From positions 6,634,001-6,698,000 of the forward strand of contig OX597814.1 in assembly GCA_951406725.2 (NCBI GenBank): 64,000 nt of DNA. Direction: 5' to 3'. Position numbers and translations under genes: made by a program. Origin of the DNA: Octopus vulgaris (Eukaryota). Under the pieces are notes generated by a model. The model saw nothing but the letters and a program-made list of their open reading frames with translations. It searched no databases and was not told the DNA's origin. Below are positions 13,140-25,939 of the stretch, one piece after another. Positions within the stretch are counted from its first letter, which is position 1; the number at the start of each line of letters is the position of its first letter.

Positions 13140-13835
13140 TAGATATCAAAATGAATAGAAGTGTGTATACACAAGTTTAATGCAGTGTATATAATCAAAC
13201 TAAACTGGCAGTATGTATACACCAATAAATGGCAGTGTATATAGACACAATAAATTGTAGTGTATATACACAAATTTAAATGTCAGTATATATGGACAAA
13301 CTAAATGCCTGTGTGTATACACAGATTAAAATGGCAGTTTATACACCTAAATCCAATTGTTATAAAAATATACAAATAAAATAACAGTCTCTATACACAA
13401 ACTAAAATGTCAGAGTATATACACAAAAATGTAGTGTACATACACAAATACATTTGGCTGTGTATATACATGATATTGATTGCTATATACATACACAATA
13501 TATGTTGCTGTGTATATAAACAAACCAAATTTGCAGTATACATGCACAAATGACAATTTAGTGTATATACACAAATTAGAATAGTAGTGTATATACATAT
13601 ACTAAAATAGTAGTGTATATTCCAAACTAAAATGTCTGTGTATATATACACAAATCGCATTGTGTATACTCAAAACAAATGACTGAATATTCACAAAGTA
13701 AATGGCAGTTTAGAAATAGTAAGGTATATACACAGAGTAAATGGCAAAACAGTAGTGTATACTCTCATAAATAACAATGTACACACCCAAACTTAATAGT
13801 AGTCTATATGAAATAAATTGCAGTGTATTTGCAGC
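13140..13835. repeat. Degenerate ~25-bp minisatellite (same as 7.4-8.1 kb)
   Basis: AAATGGCAGTGTATATACAC-like units. Confidence 0.75.
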
Positions 13836-13840
13836 TGCAG

Positions 13841-14990
13841 TAATGCTTATGTTTACAATGCTTACCTTACTCTCATCCCCAGTAGAGGCAATAGTTTTAA
13901 CATGTTCGAATGGTGATAAGTTAAAAACGAGAACAACTGTTATGACATGTGTGCTTTCAAACAATCATGGAAACCTTCTTTCCAGGTACTTAACACCATC
14001 TCTCCTTCCCATGTTCCCTCCCACATCCCTTTCCCAGTTTTCAGAGTTGGCACTGTAAATGTAGGCACATTGAAAGGTAGATCTGGTGAGATTGTAGAGA
14101 TGCTTGAAAGGAGGCATGTTGATGTATGTTGCATCCAAGAGATAAGGTGGAGAGGAGCTTCAGCAAGGTTTCTCACAAGCAAGACATGTATAAACACTTC
14201 TAGGAAGGTAACAGTGACAGAGTAGGTAGTGTAGGCATACTTCTTGCTGAGAAATGGGTGGATAAGATCATAGAGGTAGTCAGAGTGTGCAATAGAATAT
14301 TTAAGCTCAGGCTAGTCTTGCAGAATAGTACAGCCTCAATTATATCTGCTTATGCCCCTCAAATGGGCCTACCAAATGTACAGAAGGGCCACTTTTATGG
14401 ATATTCTTCTGCAGAGTACCTCAAAGATGAATCCCAATGATCTCGTCTTTGTGGCTGGGGATTTCAGTGGGCATGCTGGATGGCAGCCTACAATCTTCCA
14501 TGGTGTTCATGGGGGCCAGGGATTGGCTCCTGAAATGAAGAGGGTCCAAGGCTACCGGAGTTCTGTGATGCAAATAACCTTTTGATCTGCAGCACCAACT
14601 TCCAAGTATGGAAGCAAGGTCTAGAATCAAAGGGCCTTAGAGTCAATCTAGCAAAAACCAAAGTCATAGTAAGTAGGAAGGCAGACAAATCACAAATCCC
14701 TTCAGGTAGATGGTCCTGCTCAATCTGTAGAAAAGGTGTAGGTAGAAACTCCACAAGATGTACCCAGTGTAAGCTTTGGACACATAAGAGGTGCAGCAAT
14801 ATCAGAGGAAGGTTAACAGGGAAACTAACTTTTGTATGTGGAAGGTACACAGGTACAATAAACGCTGAAAATGTGCAGAAAATAGACTCCATCAATTGCT
14901 AGGCGGGCAAACAAGAAGTAGTAGGTAACTTTTGTTTTCTTGGTGACCAAGTTACTAGTGGAGGTGGATGCTCCGAGAGTGTAGCTAGGA
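13841..14990 (+). mobile_element. Internally deleted RTE family A copy (5' end and EN joined to the post-YADD/PHD region)
   Basis: VGTVNVGTLKG..DVCCIQEIRW and GDFSGH, then a jump at about 14600 to WKQGLESKGLRVNLAKTK..CSIC..CTQC..HKRC. Confidence 0.9.
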
Positions 14991-14994
14991 GAAA

Positions 14995-15340
14995 AAGTAA
15001 ATGGCTGTGTATGCACTTATACAAATGTAGTGGTATATATACATGATTTAATTACAGTGTATATACCAAAACAAAAATAGCTGTGTATATATACAAATTA
15101 ATTAACAGTGTATGTACCCAAACTAAAATGGCAGAGTATATAATAAAAAGTTAAAATCAAAGAGTATATATATCTAAACTATATGACTGTGAACATATAT
15201 ACAAACTAAAATAGCAGTGTATATACACAAGCTGTGTTGATAATGTATACATGCACAAAGTGAAATAGCTGTGTATATACACATAAACTGAAATAGCAGT
15301 GTATATATACATATTATATACATAGAGTATATATATAGAC
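14995..15340. repeat. Continuation of the ~25-bp minisatellite
   Basis: Same units as 13.1-13.8 kb. Confidence 0.7.
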
Positions 15341-15874
15341 AAACGAAGTAGATTTCTTCATTTCAGTTTTACATCTAAAATATTTCAATGTTTCATACGA
15401 TGGAAATCAACCAGAAAATGTGTGTCAGAGCAAATGCAACAAAAATTGTGTTCGTCAGTGCTGATTAGACATAATTAAAAAATAACTTATTGATCTTTTG
15501 TTTTAAGTATAAAAAAATGGAGGACAACATGAAAGTGGAAGCAAATATCTATAAATGAATATGAAAGAATGGTTTTGCTTTTTGTTTTGGTGTTTGATGT
15601 TTGAATTTGTGTAAGTCTTTTTTTTTCTTGTAAAATCCAGAAACTGAGAGAAAATGATATGTTGCCCATAAAATCCTTTATTGGCTGAATCCCTGACATA
15701 AATCCTTGCAGTCAATCACCATCCAGTCATAAATCGGCTCAGTAAGATGGCACTTGCTTTAATTCTGTGATGATGAGCCTTGCAATATAGCATGGTGCCA
15801 AGTCTTTCCAGCTGACCCCTTTGGCTTGATTAAGGAAACAAAAAAAAAAAAACCATTACCTGACCACAATACAC

Positions 15875-16155
15875 TGGGAGAGTTTACGAGAAAAACAAAA
15901 GACAAAGACAGGTGGTGTACAAAACAAACAGATGTATTAGTATAACGCTCAGGAATAGAAAAAAGTTTTTTACGTTTCGAGCCTATGCTCTTCTACAGAA
16001 AAGGACACAGAAAAAACAAGGAGAGAAAAAAATGTGTGTAGTGGCTAACAATCTATCATGGCGACTGACTCGGACAGAAGGGTCACACACGAGAGGGAAA
16101 GTAGGGGTGATAACAAAGTAAAGATGACCCCCAACACGAAGGTGCGTGTGTGTAT
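15875..16155 (-). mobile_element. Penelope-like pseudo-LTR fragment with a minimal hammerhead-like motif
   Basis: Minus strand 16002-15966 reads TTTT-CTGTAGA-A-GAGC-ATAG-GCTC-GAAACGTA-AAAA. Confidence 0.55.
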
Positions 16156-17908
16156 TGAACTGTGAATTAATCCAATGGCAGCCAGAATCAATACCATGAG
16201 TTATCTGGAGTATATCTCAGAAAACATTATTCTTTGAGTTGGATAGTCCCTAATCTCCTTCACCATGTTGTTACATCCAGTCATTTCTTAAATATATTCA
16301 TAATTAAAAAATATAATAATAATTTTCTTTTACTTTCATTTAATTGGTGATTTTCAGTTAATTGTCTTTGAGTGTTATTTTCCATAAATTGAAAGATCGT
16401 TGATAAATTTGATGTTTTGGCTATGAAATGCTGTTTTTCTTTTTTAGGTAGAAACTCATATTATAAATAAATGCTTATCTATCTTTGATATCAACGTAAT
16501 TTATCCCCAACAAAATTACATACAAAGCACTGGATGGATCAGTTTAAAATATTTCTCATTTTACTGGAAATTTCAAGATTCTGATTTCTAAGATACTGAT
16601 TCAAATTTTGTAATTATTTATTTTTTATTAATTAAAAATTTTCCAAATCCTGAATGCTTCATGTTCAAAGCCATTTTTAAAAAAATGCTTAATGATAATG
16701 TGAGAAAAAATGTTTAAAACACCTTTCCTTAAACAATAGATATTTTGTTGACCTGTGACAAAACGATTGTGTGCTTCAATGCACAAACTCGATACCAACA
16801 TTATCAAGTCATTATCAAAATAAATTGGTTTTTCTAGAAAAAATTATCATAATTGAGATTTTCACAATGTTGACTTACAACAGGTACATTTTAAAGTTTT
16901 TATGGCTAAAGTTAAAAGACTAATTTTACTCCTAAGATGAGGGAATCTTTTTAATGTATTTTATATGGCAATTATAATAAATCTGACTAAACTTTTTTTT
17001 CCATATATTATCATAAAGAAAAGTTAATGCATTTTATACGTGAGAGATTTTTTTTTTTCCTGAGATTTTGTCATCCATAATCAATGGTTCACATTCTGCA
17101 CAAACAAGTATGTTATTCTGAATGTAAAAATAGCAGGCAGTTGTTAAAAAGTTGAAATTATTGCTCAAGAAAAAGAAAATTCTTTTTTAAGTCGGACTAG
17201 GATTTTATATTGACCAGATAAAATATAAATTAATAAAAAGAAAACATACATTATGGCTCATGCATTAAATTATCATCATCATCATCAGTAACAACATTTA
17301 ACATCCGTTTTCTGTGCTGGCATGGGTTGGATGGCTTGACAGGAACTGGCAAGGCCAGGGGTTGCACCAGGTTCCAGAGTCTGTTTTGGCTTGGAATACA
17401 CCAAAAAGCCTCTTGGTGATTGCTTGATCTGGTGAAAGTAGCAACTAAATCTCTCTCAAAGTGCATCCTACCAAAAGACATAGTCTAGTTTTAGAGATAT
17501 GGTGTGTCTATAAAAAAAAGGCAGGTTAGCCATTCTTAATCTAAACTGCCCTGAGCTCAAACAGTAACAGCCAATTATTCTTTTACTCTTTCACTTGTTT
17601 CAGTCATTTGACTGCGGCCATGCTGGAGCACCGTCTTTAATTAGATTGACTTTTTTAAGAAACCTTTAGAAATATTTCGCAAGAAAAGGTCATCTTCCAT
17701 GAATGGCAGGGAAATGGTTTCTGTTGTGGAATATATTCTTGTTTTGTTATTCTGAAACTGGAAGCATCTTAAAACTGCTTCTTAGCCTGAAGAAGGAAAT
17801 GGAGCTTCATGGAAAGTGTCCACCACCAAAACAATTCAGTCTTAATGCTTCCCCCCCACCCATACTTTGCCCATCAAATTATAGTATCTTGTGGCCACTA
17901 TCTGACAG

Positions 17909-18078
17909 GATGATGATGATGGTGGTCGTCCTGATGACGATGATGATGACGATTGTAGTGGTGATGATGATGGTAATGATGACGATGATGGTGATGATGG
18001 TGGTGGTGATGATAATGATGATGTTTATGGTCTTGATGGTGATGATGATGACAATGGTTTTGATAATGAAGATGATGG
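17909..18078. repeat. (GAT/GGT)n microsatellite
   Basis: Direct inspection. Confidence 0.9.
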
Positions 18079-19574
18079 TTCCTACATCTAATCTATAAAA
18101 TCATATCTTTATTATATCCCACTAGACACTACTTCGCTTTTTCAGCATTCCAGAGTCAATGAAATAACATACCAGCTACATCCTGGGGTTAATGAAATAA
18201 AGCACCAGCTCTGCCCTCAAACTGATTTAATCAACTGCATGCCTTTAAAAAATTGGCGACATACTCTGTGTCCCATCCAAACGAATTACCAGTTTTAATG
18301 AAGAAACATTTTATTTTATTTGTCGCTCTTCCTTCTCTCTCTCTCACTTTTGTCCCAGTGCCCAGAACAAAAACATTCCTATCTTCTTGCAACTAATGTG
18401 TCCAGTTACCCCAACCCTCCTTAAGTTCCTCTGCCGAAGAGTAGTGAAAGTATTATGGCACTAAGTTCAAAAAATAAAATCCCTACTTTCCTTCTTTTTG
18501 GGGATTCTCATAATAGGAGATGTAAAACTACATCGAGGGGATGGATGACATCAGTTTAATATCTAAAAAAAAGCTGGGCCACCAGCAACTAAAGCCACAA
18601 TCGCAGAGCATGAACTGTGAAGAGGATGTTTTTCTTGCCCTCTGGTCCCGCTGCACGATGAAAAACAAAACCTGTCAAAGTGCAAATGAACTCTGGAGAG
18701 TCAAAAGTCATCCAGAAAGTATTTCTTCATCAGCAGCATTACTATTGCTGCTGCTGCTGCTGCTGCTGCTGGTGCAATTACCGGCTCATGAAGGTAGTAA
18801 TAACGAGTGTGAGTACCCTGAGACCCAAAACATCAGAGATCACCTTTATAGGGAAACATCTGTGACAAAAGTCAGAGTATTTCTCTTTAGCCCTGGCTGT
18901 CAGACCATCCACCACCACCACCACCACCACCACAGAGGTAGTGTCTCTATGAAACACCTGTGTTTTTGACACCTCATCCCCACAGTCCTCTTTATAAGTG
19001 TTATGCCAAATAAAAAACATTACCACAACTGCATCCATGAGATGAGATTCGCAGGTAAAGGTCTCTCACATTGGCACATGTCCTAGTATGCAGCAGGACG
19101 GGGTCTGGTTGTTGTGTCCTAATGCTGCTGCAAAGATTAGAAGAAGCAAACCTAACAAAATACGATACAGGAAAAGGATGTATAAAATATGGAACCAAGT
19201 CTGCTACACCATAAAAGTCTGATCCTGAAAAGACAGTGGTTCTCCTGACTGTAACTGGAAGGGATCTTCATGGCAGTAAATGATATAAAACAGGATTATG
19301 TGGGACATGGAGATAAAACAGAACAAGAACAAAGAATTGAAGAAGGGCCAATAAATCCTCAGGGAAGAAACATCTTGGTGGCGGTGGTGGGACAAGTTTT
19401 ACTTTATGAAAGGAAAAATGTCACAAAGGAGTTATAACATCTAAATTGGAGAGGAATAAATAAGAAGGAATGTGACCGTCAACCTTCAGAAGGATTCAGG
19501 GACTTTTGTTGTCAGAAAACAAGCTGAACACAGAGACGTCTGGTGTCAGCTTATGGAACTTTGTTGCTGTTGTT

Positions 19575-19968
19575 ATTATTATTATTATTATTATTATCAC
19601 AGGTTTTGTTGGAGCTCCTGGAGTCTTGCATGCATAGCAGGCTTACTACCTGCAGCCTATGGTACCATGCTATCCATTCTTTTCAGCTGTCTAATTCTTT
19701 CCTGATTATTCTGGCTGTGCCAAGGAGGCAAACCTTTTGTAACAATTCTATTGAGTACCCTTTTCCAATTTCCTTTATATTCCACTTGATGCCTTCTGAT
19801 ACTGTTCCCAAAGACTCAACAATAACTGGCACTATCTTCACCGCCTTTATTTTCCATAGCTGGGCTATTTCATACTTAAGAAGGTTCTATCTATCTATCT
19901 TTTCATCTTCCTTCTTGACTATTCGTGGGTCAAAAGGGAACGCAACATCAATTTTATAAAACACATAA

Positions 19969-19998
<30 letters not shown>
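19575..19998 (-). mobile_element. 3' fragment of an R4/Dong-like non-LTR retrotransposon embedded in (TAA)n
   Basis: Minus-strand translation LKYEIAQLWKIKAVKIVPVIVESLGTV..LLQKVCLLGTARIIRK matches the RLE C-terminus. Both sides are (TAT)n runs. Confidence 0.75.
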
Positions 19999-19999
<1 letters not shown>

Positions 20000-20004
20000 C
20001 AATG

Positions 20005-20210
20005 TGGCGAGCTGGCAAAATTGTTACCATGTCAGATGAAATGCTTAGTGGTATTTTGTCTACCACTGCGTTTTGAGTTCAAATTCCACCATGGTCGACT
20101 TTGCCGTTCATCTCTTAAGGTCAATAAAATACCATTTGAACACCATAGTTAATGTAATCACCTCATCCCCTTCCCACAGAATTGCTGCCCTTGTGGCAAA
20201 ATTTTAAGCT
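20005..20210 (+). mobile_element. SINE family 2
   Basis: GGCGAGCTGGCA head, GAGTTCAAATTCC and GTCGACTTTGCC. Confidence 0.75.
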
Positions 20211-20214
20211 GTAA

Positions 20215-21770
20215 CACAGTGTAGGTAAAAATGCACCGGAGACTGTCAAGTCATCTGTCAAGTCACAACAAGGACCTCAGACGGATAATACTTTCCTTAA
20301 GATGTACGTTGTGTCCAATAAAGCTGCTTTTTGCAAGACATCAATCTTGCAAGGGATTTCCAGTTGCCTTAAGAAGTTTTGAAGTTTCAATGGGATTGAA
20401 CCCAGCATTCTGATCACCACTGGTATCACTTTTACATTACCTTCTTGCATTCCATACAGTCTTGCCATTTCCACTTTCAATTCGGAGTACTTGGGGATAT
20501 TTCCAACCTCTTTACTCACAACATTCATGTCATTTGGTATGGCTACATCAATGATCTGACAGTATTTGTCTCTCTTACTCAATATGACAATATCCGGCCG
20601 ATGGTGTTCGATTAGACGTCTGAAAATCATAGTCCCAGAGTATCGTTACTTTTCCATCCTCCTGCATAACTTTCCTTGGTACATACTCATACCAGTTCTC
20701 TGTTACTTCATATTGGTATTTATGGCATAGGAGCCAATGAAGATACACACATTTTATCATGGAAGCGCTTGTATTCTTTTCGTGCAAGACCCTCATCTCC
20801 ACTTACCAAGTGGGTCACATTTTCCTCACTCTTTCCACAGAATCTGCATTTCTGAGTGTCAGAAGTTTTATAGATATTATACTTCGCAGAATTGGTAGCA
20901 AGAGCCTGGTCTTGTGCAGCAATGATCAGGCTTTCGATGGTACACTTCAAATCCCCTCGCTCGAGCCATGCTCACGATGCTGTATTATCCTTCAAGTCTT
21001 CTGTATTCCTTTCAAACTGTCCATGCATTCTCATTTCAAGAAGGTCTTCTTTTCTCTTCTCCTCGGCTCTTTGGTTAAACTCATCCTTGCCCATCATTTC
21101 ATCTGCACTTACACCCATATCTTTCGCAGCGTATTGCAGCAGGTCTTCATCACTATTTATCAAATACTCGGCAAGTGCTCTCCTTTCACTCCTTATACAA
21201 TAGTCTATACTAATTAGTCCTCAGCCACCATTCTTCCCTTTTCATATAGTCTGTTTATGTTTGCTTTAGGGTGTAGCGCCCCATGCTGCGTCATCAACTT
21301 TCTTGTCCTTCTATCCAGTGTTGATATTTCCTCCTTAGTCCATTTGAGGATAGACACACTATATCTGACCACCACAACTGTCCAGATATTTGGCATTCAG
21401 ATTGGATTTCAGCACCATCTTCACCCTTTTTCGATAAACCTCGCTGACCTTGACTTTCATTTCTCTGTGTAGAATGTCATCCAGCTCCAAAATCCCTAAA
21501 CATCTATACCCACTATATCCCAAATTCCATACCGATGTCCCTATCACACTTCTGGACTGATTTGGTTAAGGAATCTATCAGTTTTTCAGATTTGCCAAAC
21601 AATTTCAGGCCATCCATAAACAGAAGATGGATCAATGAGGGGCATTGGTAACCCATCTTAACTTTCCTAAGTGTCATTGTTATGGGTATTTGTGCAATTA
21701 CAAAAAGTAATGGAGAAAACGAATCACTTTGGAAGATTCCCCCTCTTAATATTAACATCTCCAAGGAATG
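20215..21770 (-). mobile_element. R4/Dong-like non-LTR retrotransposon (RT, CCHC knuckle, restriction-like endonuclease), decayed
   Basis: GIFQSDSFSPLLF, HLLFMDGLKL, AAQDQAL..CRFC..THLVSG and RPDIV..IIDVAIP..KY..LQKAALL in successive broken ORFs. Confidence 0.9.
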
Positions 21771-21804
21771 CATTATTATTATTATTATCAAAAAAAAAAA
21801 AAAA

Positions 21805-22047
21805 AAAGCACCAACTGATCATGACCGATGCCAGACCCCTCTGGCACCTGTGCGGGTGGCACGTAAAAAGCACCCACTACACTCACGGAGTGGTTGGCGT
21901 TAGGAAGGGCATCCAGCTGTAGAAACACTGCCAGACCAGACTGGAGCCTGGGGCAGCCCCTGGCTCCCAAGACCCCAGTAGAACCGTCCAACCCATGCTA
22001 GCATGGAAAACGGACGCTAAACGATGATGATGATGATGATGATGATT
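21805..22047 (+). mobile_element. RTE family A 3' tail
   Basis: Family tail ending in (GAT)n. Confidence 0.88.
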
Positions 22048-22217
22048 ATTATCATAACAAAATAATAAAAGCAAAGTAAATATAAGAATGCCTATGTGTG
22101 TATGAATTACGACAAAATGACTCTACCACGATTTTATTGTTTTGGTTTGTTTTAAAAAAGCATAAAGAAGGAGAACATCTTGAAACTGTACTCTTTGTTC
22201 CTTCTTTGTCTTTTAAC

Positions 22218-22269
<52 letters not shown>

Positions 22270-22959
22270 AGCTGTCACTCTGTCTTTCTCCCTCAAAGGA
22301 TGTTGTGATTATATTCCATCATGGAATCGTTCTTATCAGACAGATTGCTGAATAAGATTTAGAATAGAAAGCTTTAGCGGCTTTAATTTAGATAAGTTTC
22401 TCACCTCTTTAGCCATCAAGTGTTCTTACAGCAACAACAACAACAAAAGTAATAACTCTAATATGCTGTTGCAGTAACAACCACACCACCACCACCACCA
22501 TCACCACCACTGTCACCGCCACCGCCACTGAGTGCTGTGAAACTAAATAAGTGTCAGTATTAAATCCAGTCATGTTGGTGCAGCAAGTCGCTGGGATTAA
22601 GTCAACATTCATCCACACTAACACACTTAAATACTCACTAAGACTCTCTCTCTCTCTCTCTCCCTCTCTCTCTCTCCCTCTCCCTCTCTCTCTCCCTCTC
22701 CCTCTCCCTCTCTCCCTCTCTCTTTTTAATTCAAGAACCTCTTTTACTAAAATCTGAATACTGTCAGTTGAGAACCAAGTTATTAGCAGATACCACAGTC
22801 CTTTGTTTGTGAGTTGAAAACCTACAGAAGTTGATTTCATTTTATGATAAGTGTTACAGATTGCACAATTTGCAGGGGATGTTTTGCGGGTAAAGGAAAT
22901 GTGTATATCCAGACGCCATAAGATTTGTTATGTGAATAAAAAAAAATTTAAGGAGCCAC

Positions 22960-25490
22960 CAAAAAACAAAACAAAAACAACAACAAAAACGCTCAGTGAA
23001 TTAGTAGGGAAAAGGAAAGAAAAAACACAATAGACCAACAGATATGGTCCACCATCACAGGCCAAAAGATCACAGACAGGCTGTGGAGTACCAGCAAGTG
23101 GGAAACTCCAGGGATAAAGCTCCTCAACTTCTAGTGGAAACACCTCACCAGAACCCATATCCACTTCATGGCAGCATTCAATTTATTGATAAGTGAGCCA
23201 GAATCATTTCCAAACTGGATGCAGGAAGGACAAACCACCCTAATTCCAAAGAACAAAGACACTGTCCACCCACAAAATTACAGACCAATAACATGCCTAT
23301 CAACATCTTACAAGACCCTAACATCAGTCAGCTATAATTGGTTTATAAAGCAGCTGGAAAAGAAAAACAATGTTTCACCAGAACAACAAAAGGGTGCCAG
23401 AGAGGGGTGTATGGCTGTAAGGAGCAACTTGTGGTAAACCAAGCAATTAAAGAGGAGAAAGACAAATCTGAACTTGATTTAGATTGATTACCTGAAAGCA
23501 TGCCACACTCATCAACATCATCATCGTTTAACGTCCGCTTTCCATGCTAGCATGGGTTGGACGATTTTGACTGAGGGCTGGCGAACCAGATGGCTGCACC
23601 AGGCTCCAATCTTGATCTGGCAGAGTTTCTACAGCTGGGTGCCCTTTCTAATGCCAACCACTCTGAGAGTGTAGTGGGTGCTTTTTACATACCACTGGCA
23701 TGGGGGCCAGTCAGGTGGTACTGGCAATGACCTCACTCGAATCTTTTTTTCACATGCCACCGGCACAGGTGCCAGTAAGGCGACGTTGGTAATTATCATG
23801 CTCGAATGGTGCCCTTTTAAGTGCCACAGCACAGGGGCCAGTCAGGTAGTACTGGCAATGACCTCGCTCAAATCTTTTTACACATGCTACCGGCACAGGT
23901 GCCAGTAAGGCGATGTTGGTAATTATCACGCTCGAATGGTGCCCTTTTACGTGCCACAGCACAGGGGCCAGTCAGGCGAAATATTTCCACACAAATAAGG
24001 CAGCCTCACCACTGCTAGAATATGTTCCTTTCTGCTCTAGGCACAAGGTCTGGAATTTTGGGGGAGAGGACAAGTCGATTAGATTGACCCAGTATGCAAC
24101 TAGTACTTAATTTATCAACCTCGAAAAAAAAAAGGCAAAGTTGACCCCAGTAGAATTTGAACTCAGAACATAAAGACAAACGAAATTCTGTTAAGCATTT
24201 CTGCCGGCATGCTAATGTTTCTGCCAGATCACTGCCTTACTGCTAGAATGTATTAAATATGCAATGGCAAACTGGAAAACCAGTATTGCATTAGAGAAAA
24301 GAAAAAAAGATTCACAAGTTATTAAAACCTCTCCTATACACATAAGAAGAGGGATTTTCCAGGGAGACTCACTGTCACCCCTGCTCTTCTGCCATTTTCT
24401 GACCCACTAACTAACTTATTAAACAAAACCACCATGGGTTATAGGTGTTATGGACATAAAAGAAACCGTTTCCTGTACATGGGTGCTCTAAAACTTTTTG
24501 CTAAAAGCACCATTGAACAGAGAAACGTTATCGAAATTGTCCAGAGTTTCTGCAATGACATCAGAATGAGCATGGAGCTGGACTAATGTGCCAGAGTCAC
24601 ACTGAGAAGGGGCAAATTATTCAGCCCTGAAAATACTGCAATAGAAGAAACAGCTAAAATACAACAGACAGAAATGAAAGAGAAAATTTGGAGAGAGTAT
24701 TACAGAAGAATTAGACTAATATTGAACACTGAACTTGATGCCAAAAGTTAGGTAATAGAGATAAACATGCTAGCCATACCAGTCATGAATTACAGTTTTA
24801 ACATAATAAACTGGAAGATCAGTGAAGTGAGAAGCTTAGATAGAAAAACTAGAAGACAACTAACAGTGTACCCAAGTGACCACCCCAAAGCATACGCAGA
24901 CAGAATATATCTATCCCACTCAGAAGGAGGTCTTGGCCTGATACAGATAGAGAACTACTATAAAATAACAACAGTTGGACTAAGAAAGTACTTAAAAACA
25001 AAGAGGGGAAGACTACTGGCTGTAGTAAAGTAACATGGGGAAAAGAAAACACTTTTCTCTACAGACAAGGAGGCGAGAAAATACAAAACAGAAACAAACT
25101 ACAATGATTTCAAATAACAACACAGCAGAAATGGTAAGAGAGACACAAAAAATAAAATAACATGAAAACTGAATTACAATTTCCATGCCAGCATGGAAAA
25201 CAAACACTAAACAATGATGACGATGGCTGAAGAAGAAATAAAGAGAAGAACCACTTCATGGCGGGCAATAGCTTGCCAGGCTTGACAGAGGGGAAGTGAG
25301 CCTCAGTAAAAGCTAACAATGGCTCAAAAGCTCTGGACTAAAAGCCGAAACGGAAGAACTGATTCTTGCAGCACAAACAATTATAGAAACAAAATAATGA
25401 CAACAGGCCCTAAGACCAAGTGTAGAATGTGCAACAAGCAGAGTAAGACAGCTGACCACAGAAATCCTACCAGGAACAATACCAAACTTG
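22960..25490 (+). mobile_element. Decayed R4-like non-LTR retrotransposon interrupted by an RTE tail (23510-23975, minus) and a SINE (24020-24240, minus)
   Basis: WMQEGQTTLIPK..NYRPITCL, RGIFQGDSLSPLLF at about 24350, AIPVMNYSF..DRKTR..HPKAYADRIY..GGLGL, and CRMC. Confidence 0.85.
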
Positions 25491-25509
25491 AGCAAAACAA
25501 CAATGATGA

Positions 25510-25930
25510 AAGAAATGTTAGCATGCTTGGCGAAATGCTTAGCGGTATTTCGTTGGTCTTTATGTTCTGAATTCAAATTCTGCCAAGATCAGCTTTGTCA
25601 TTCATTCTTTCAGGGTTGATAAATTAAGTACCGGTTGTATACTGAGGTCGATATAATCGACTGGTCCCCTCCCCCAAAATTTTTAGTCTTGTGCCTAGAG
25701 TAGAAAAGAATAATCCTTTTTACAAAAAGCAAAAGGCCTGAAATTTGATGGGGACAAGGGAGAGGGCTACTTGATTTTTATCAACCCCAGTATTTCCCTG
25801 GTACTTAATTTATTGACCCTGAAAGATGAAAGGCAAAGTCGACCTTGAAAGAATTTGAACTCAGAACATAAATGCAAACAAAATGCCGCTAAGCATTTTG
25901 CCCAACATGCTAACAATCCTGCCAGCCTTC
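25510..25930. mobile_element. Two SINE family 2 copies, tail-to-tail (plus, then minus)
   Basis: GAAATGCTTAGCGGTATTTCG...TTCAAATTC on plus, and the reverse complement at 25730-25930. Confidence 0.75.
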
Positions 25931-25939
25931 CCCCCTTAA

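Noticed and set aside
15739-15824. Possible minus-strand terminal exon KGVSWKDLAPCYIARLIITELKQVPSY-stop
   Set aside because: Weak AAG acceptor, no recognised homology and no linking upstream exon. Not excluded, but unsupported.
17703-18098. Met/Val-rich ORF resembling a signal-peptide or membrane protein (also 47396-47791 and 39029-39244)
   Set aside because: Produced by stop-free trinucleotide repeats.
18541-18969. 142-aa ORF with poly-Leu and poly-His
   Set aside because: The runs come from (CTG)n and (CAC)n; no recognisable domain or splice context.
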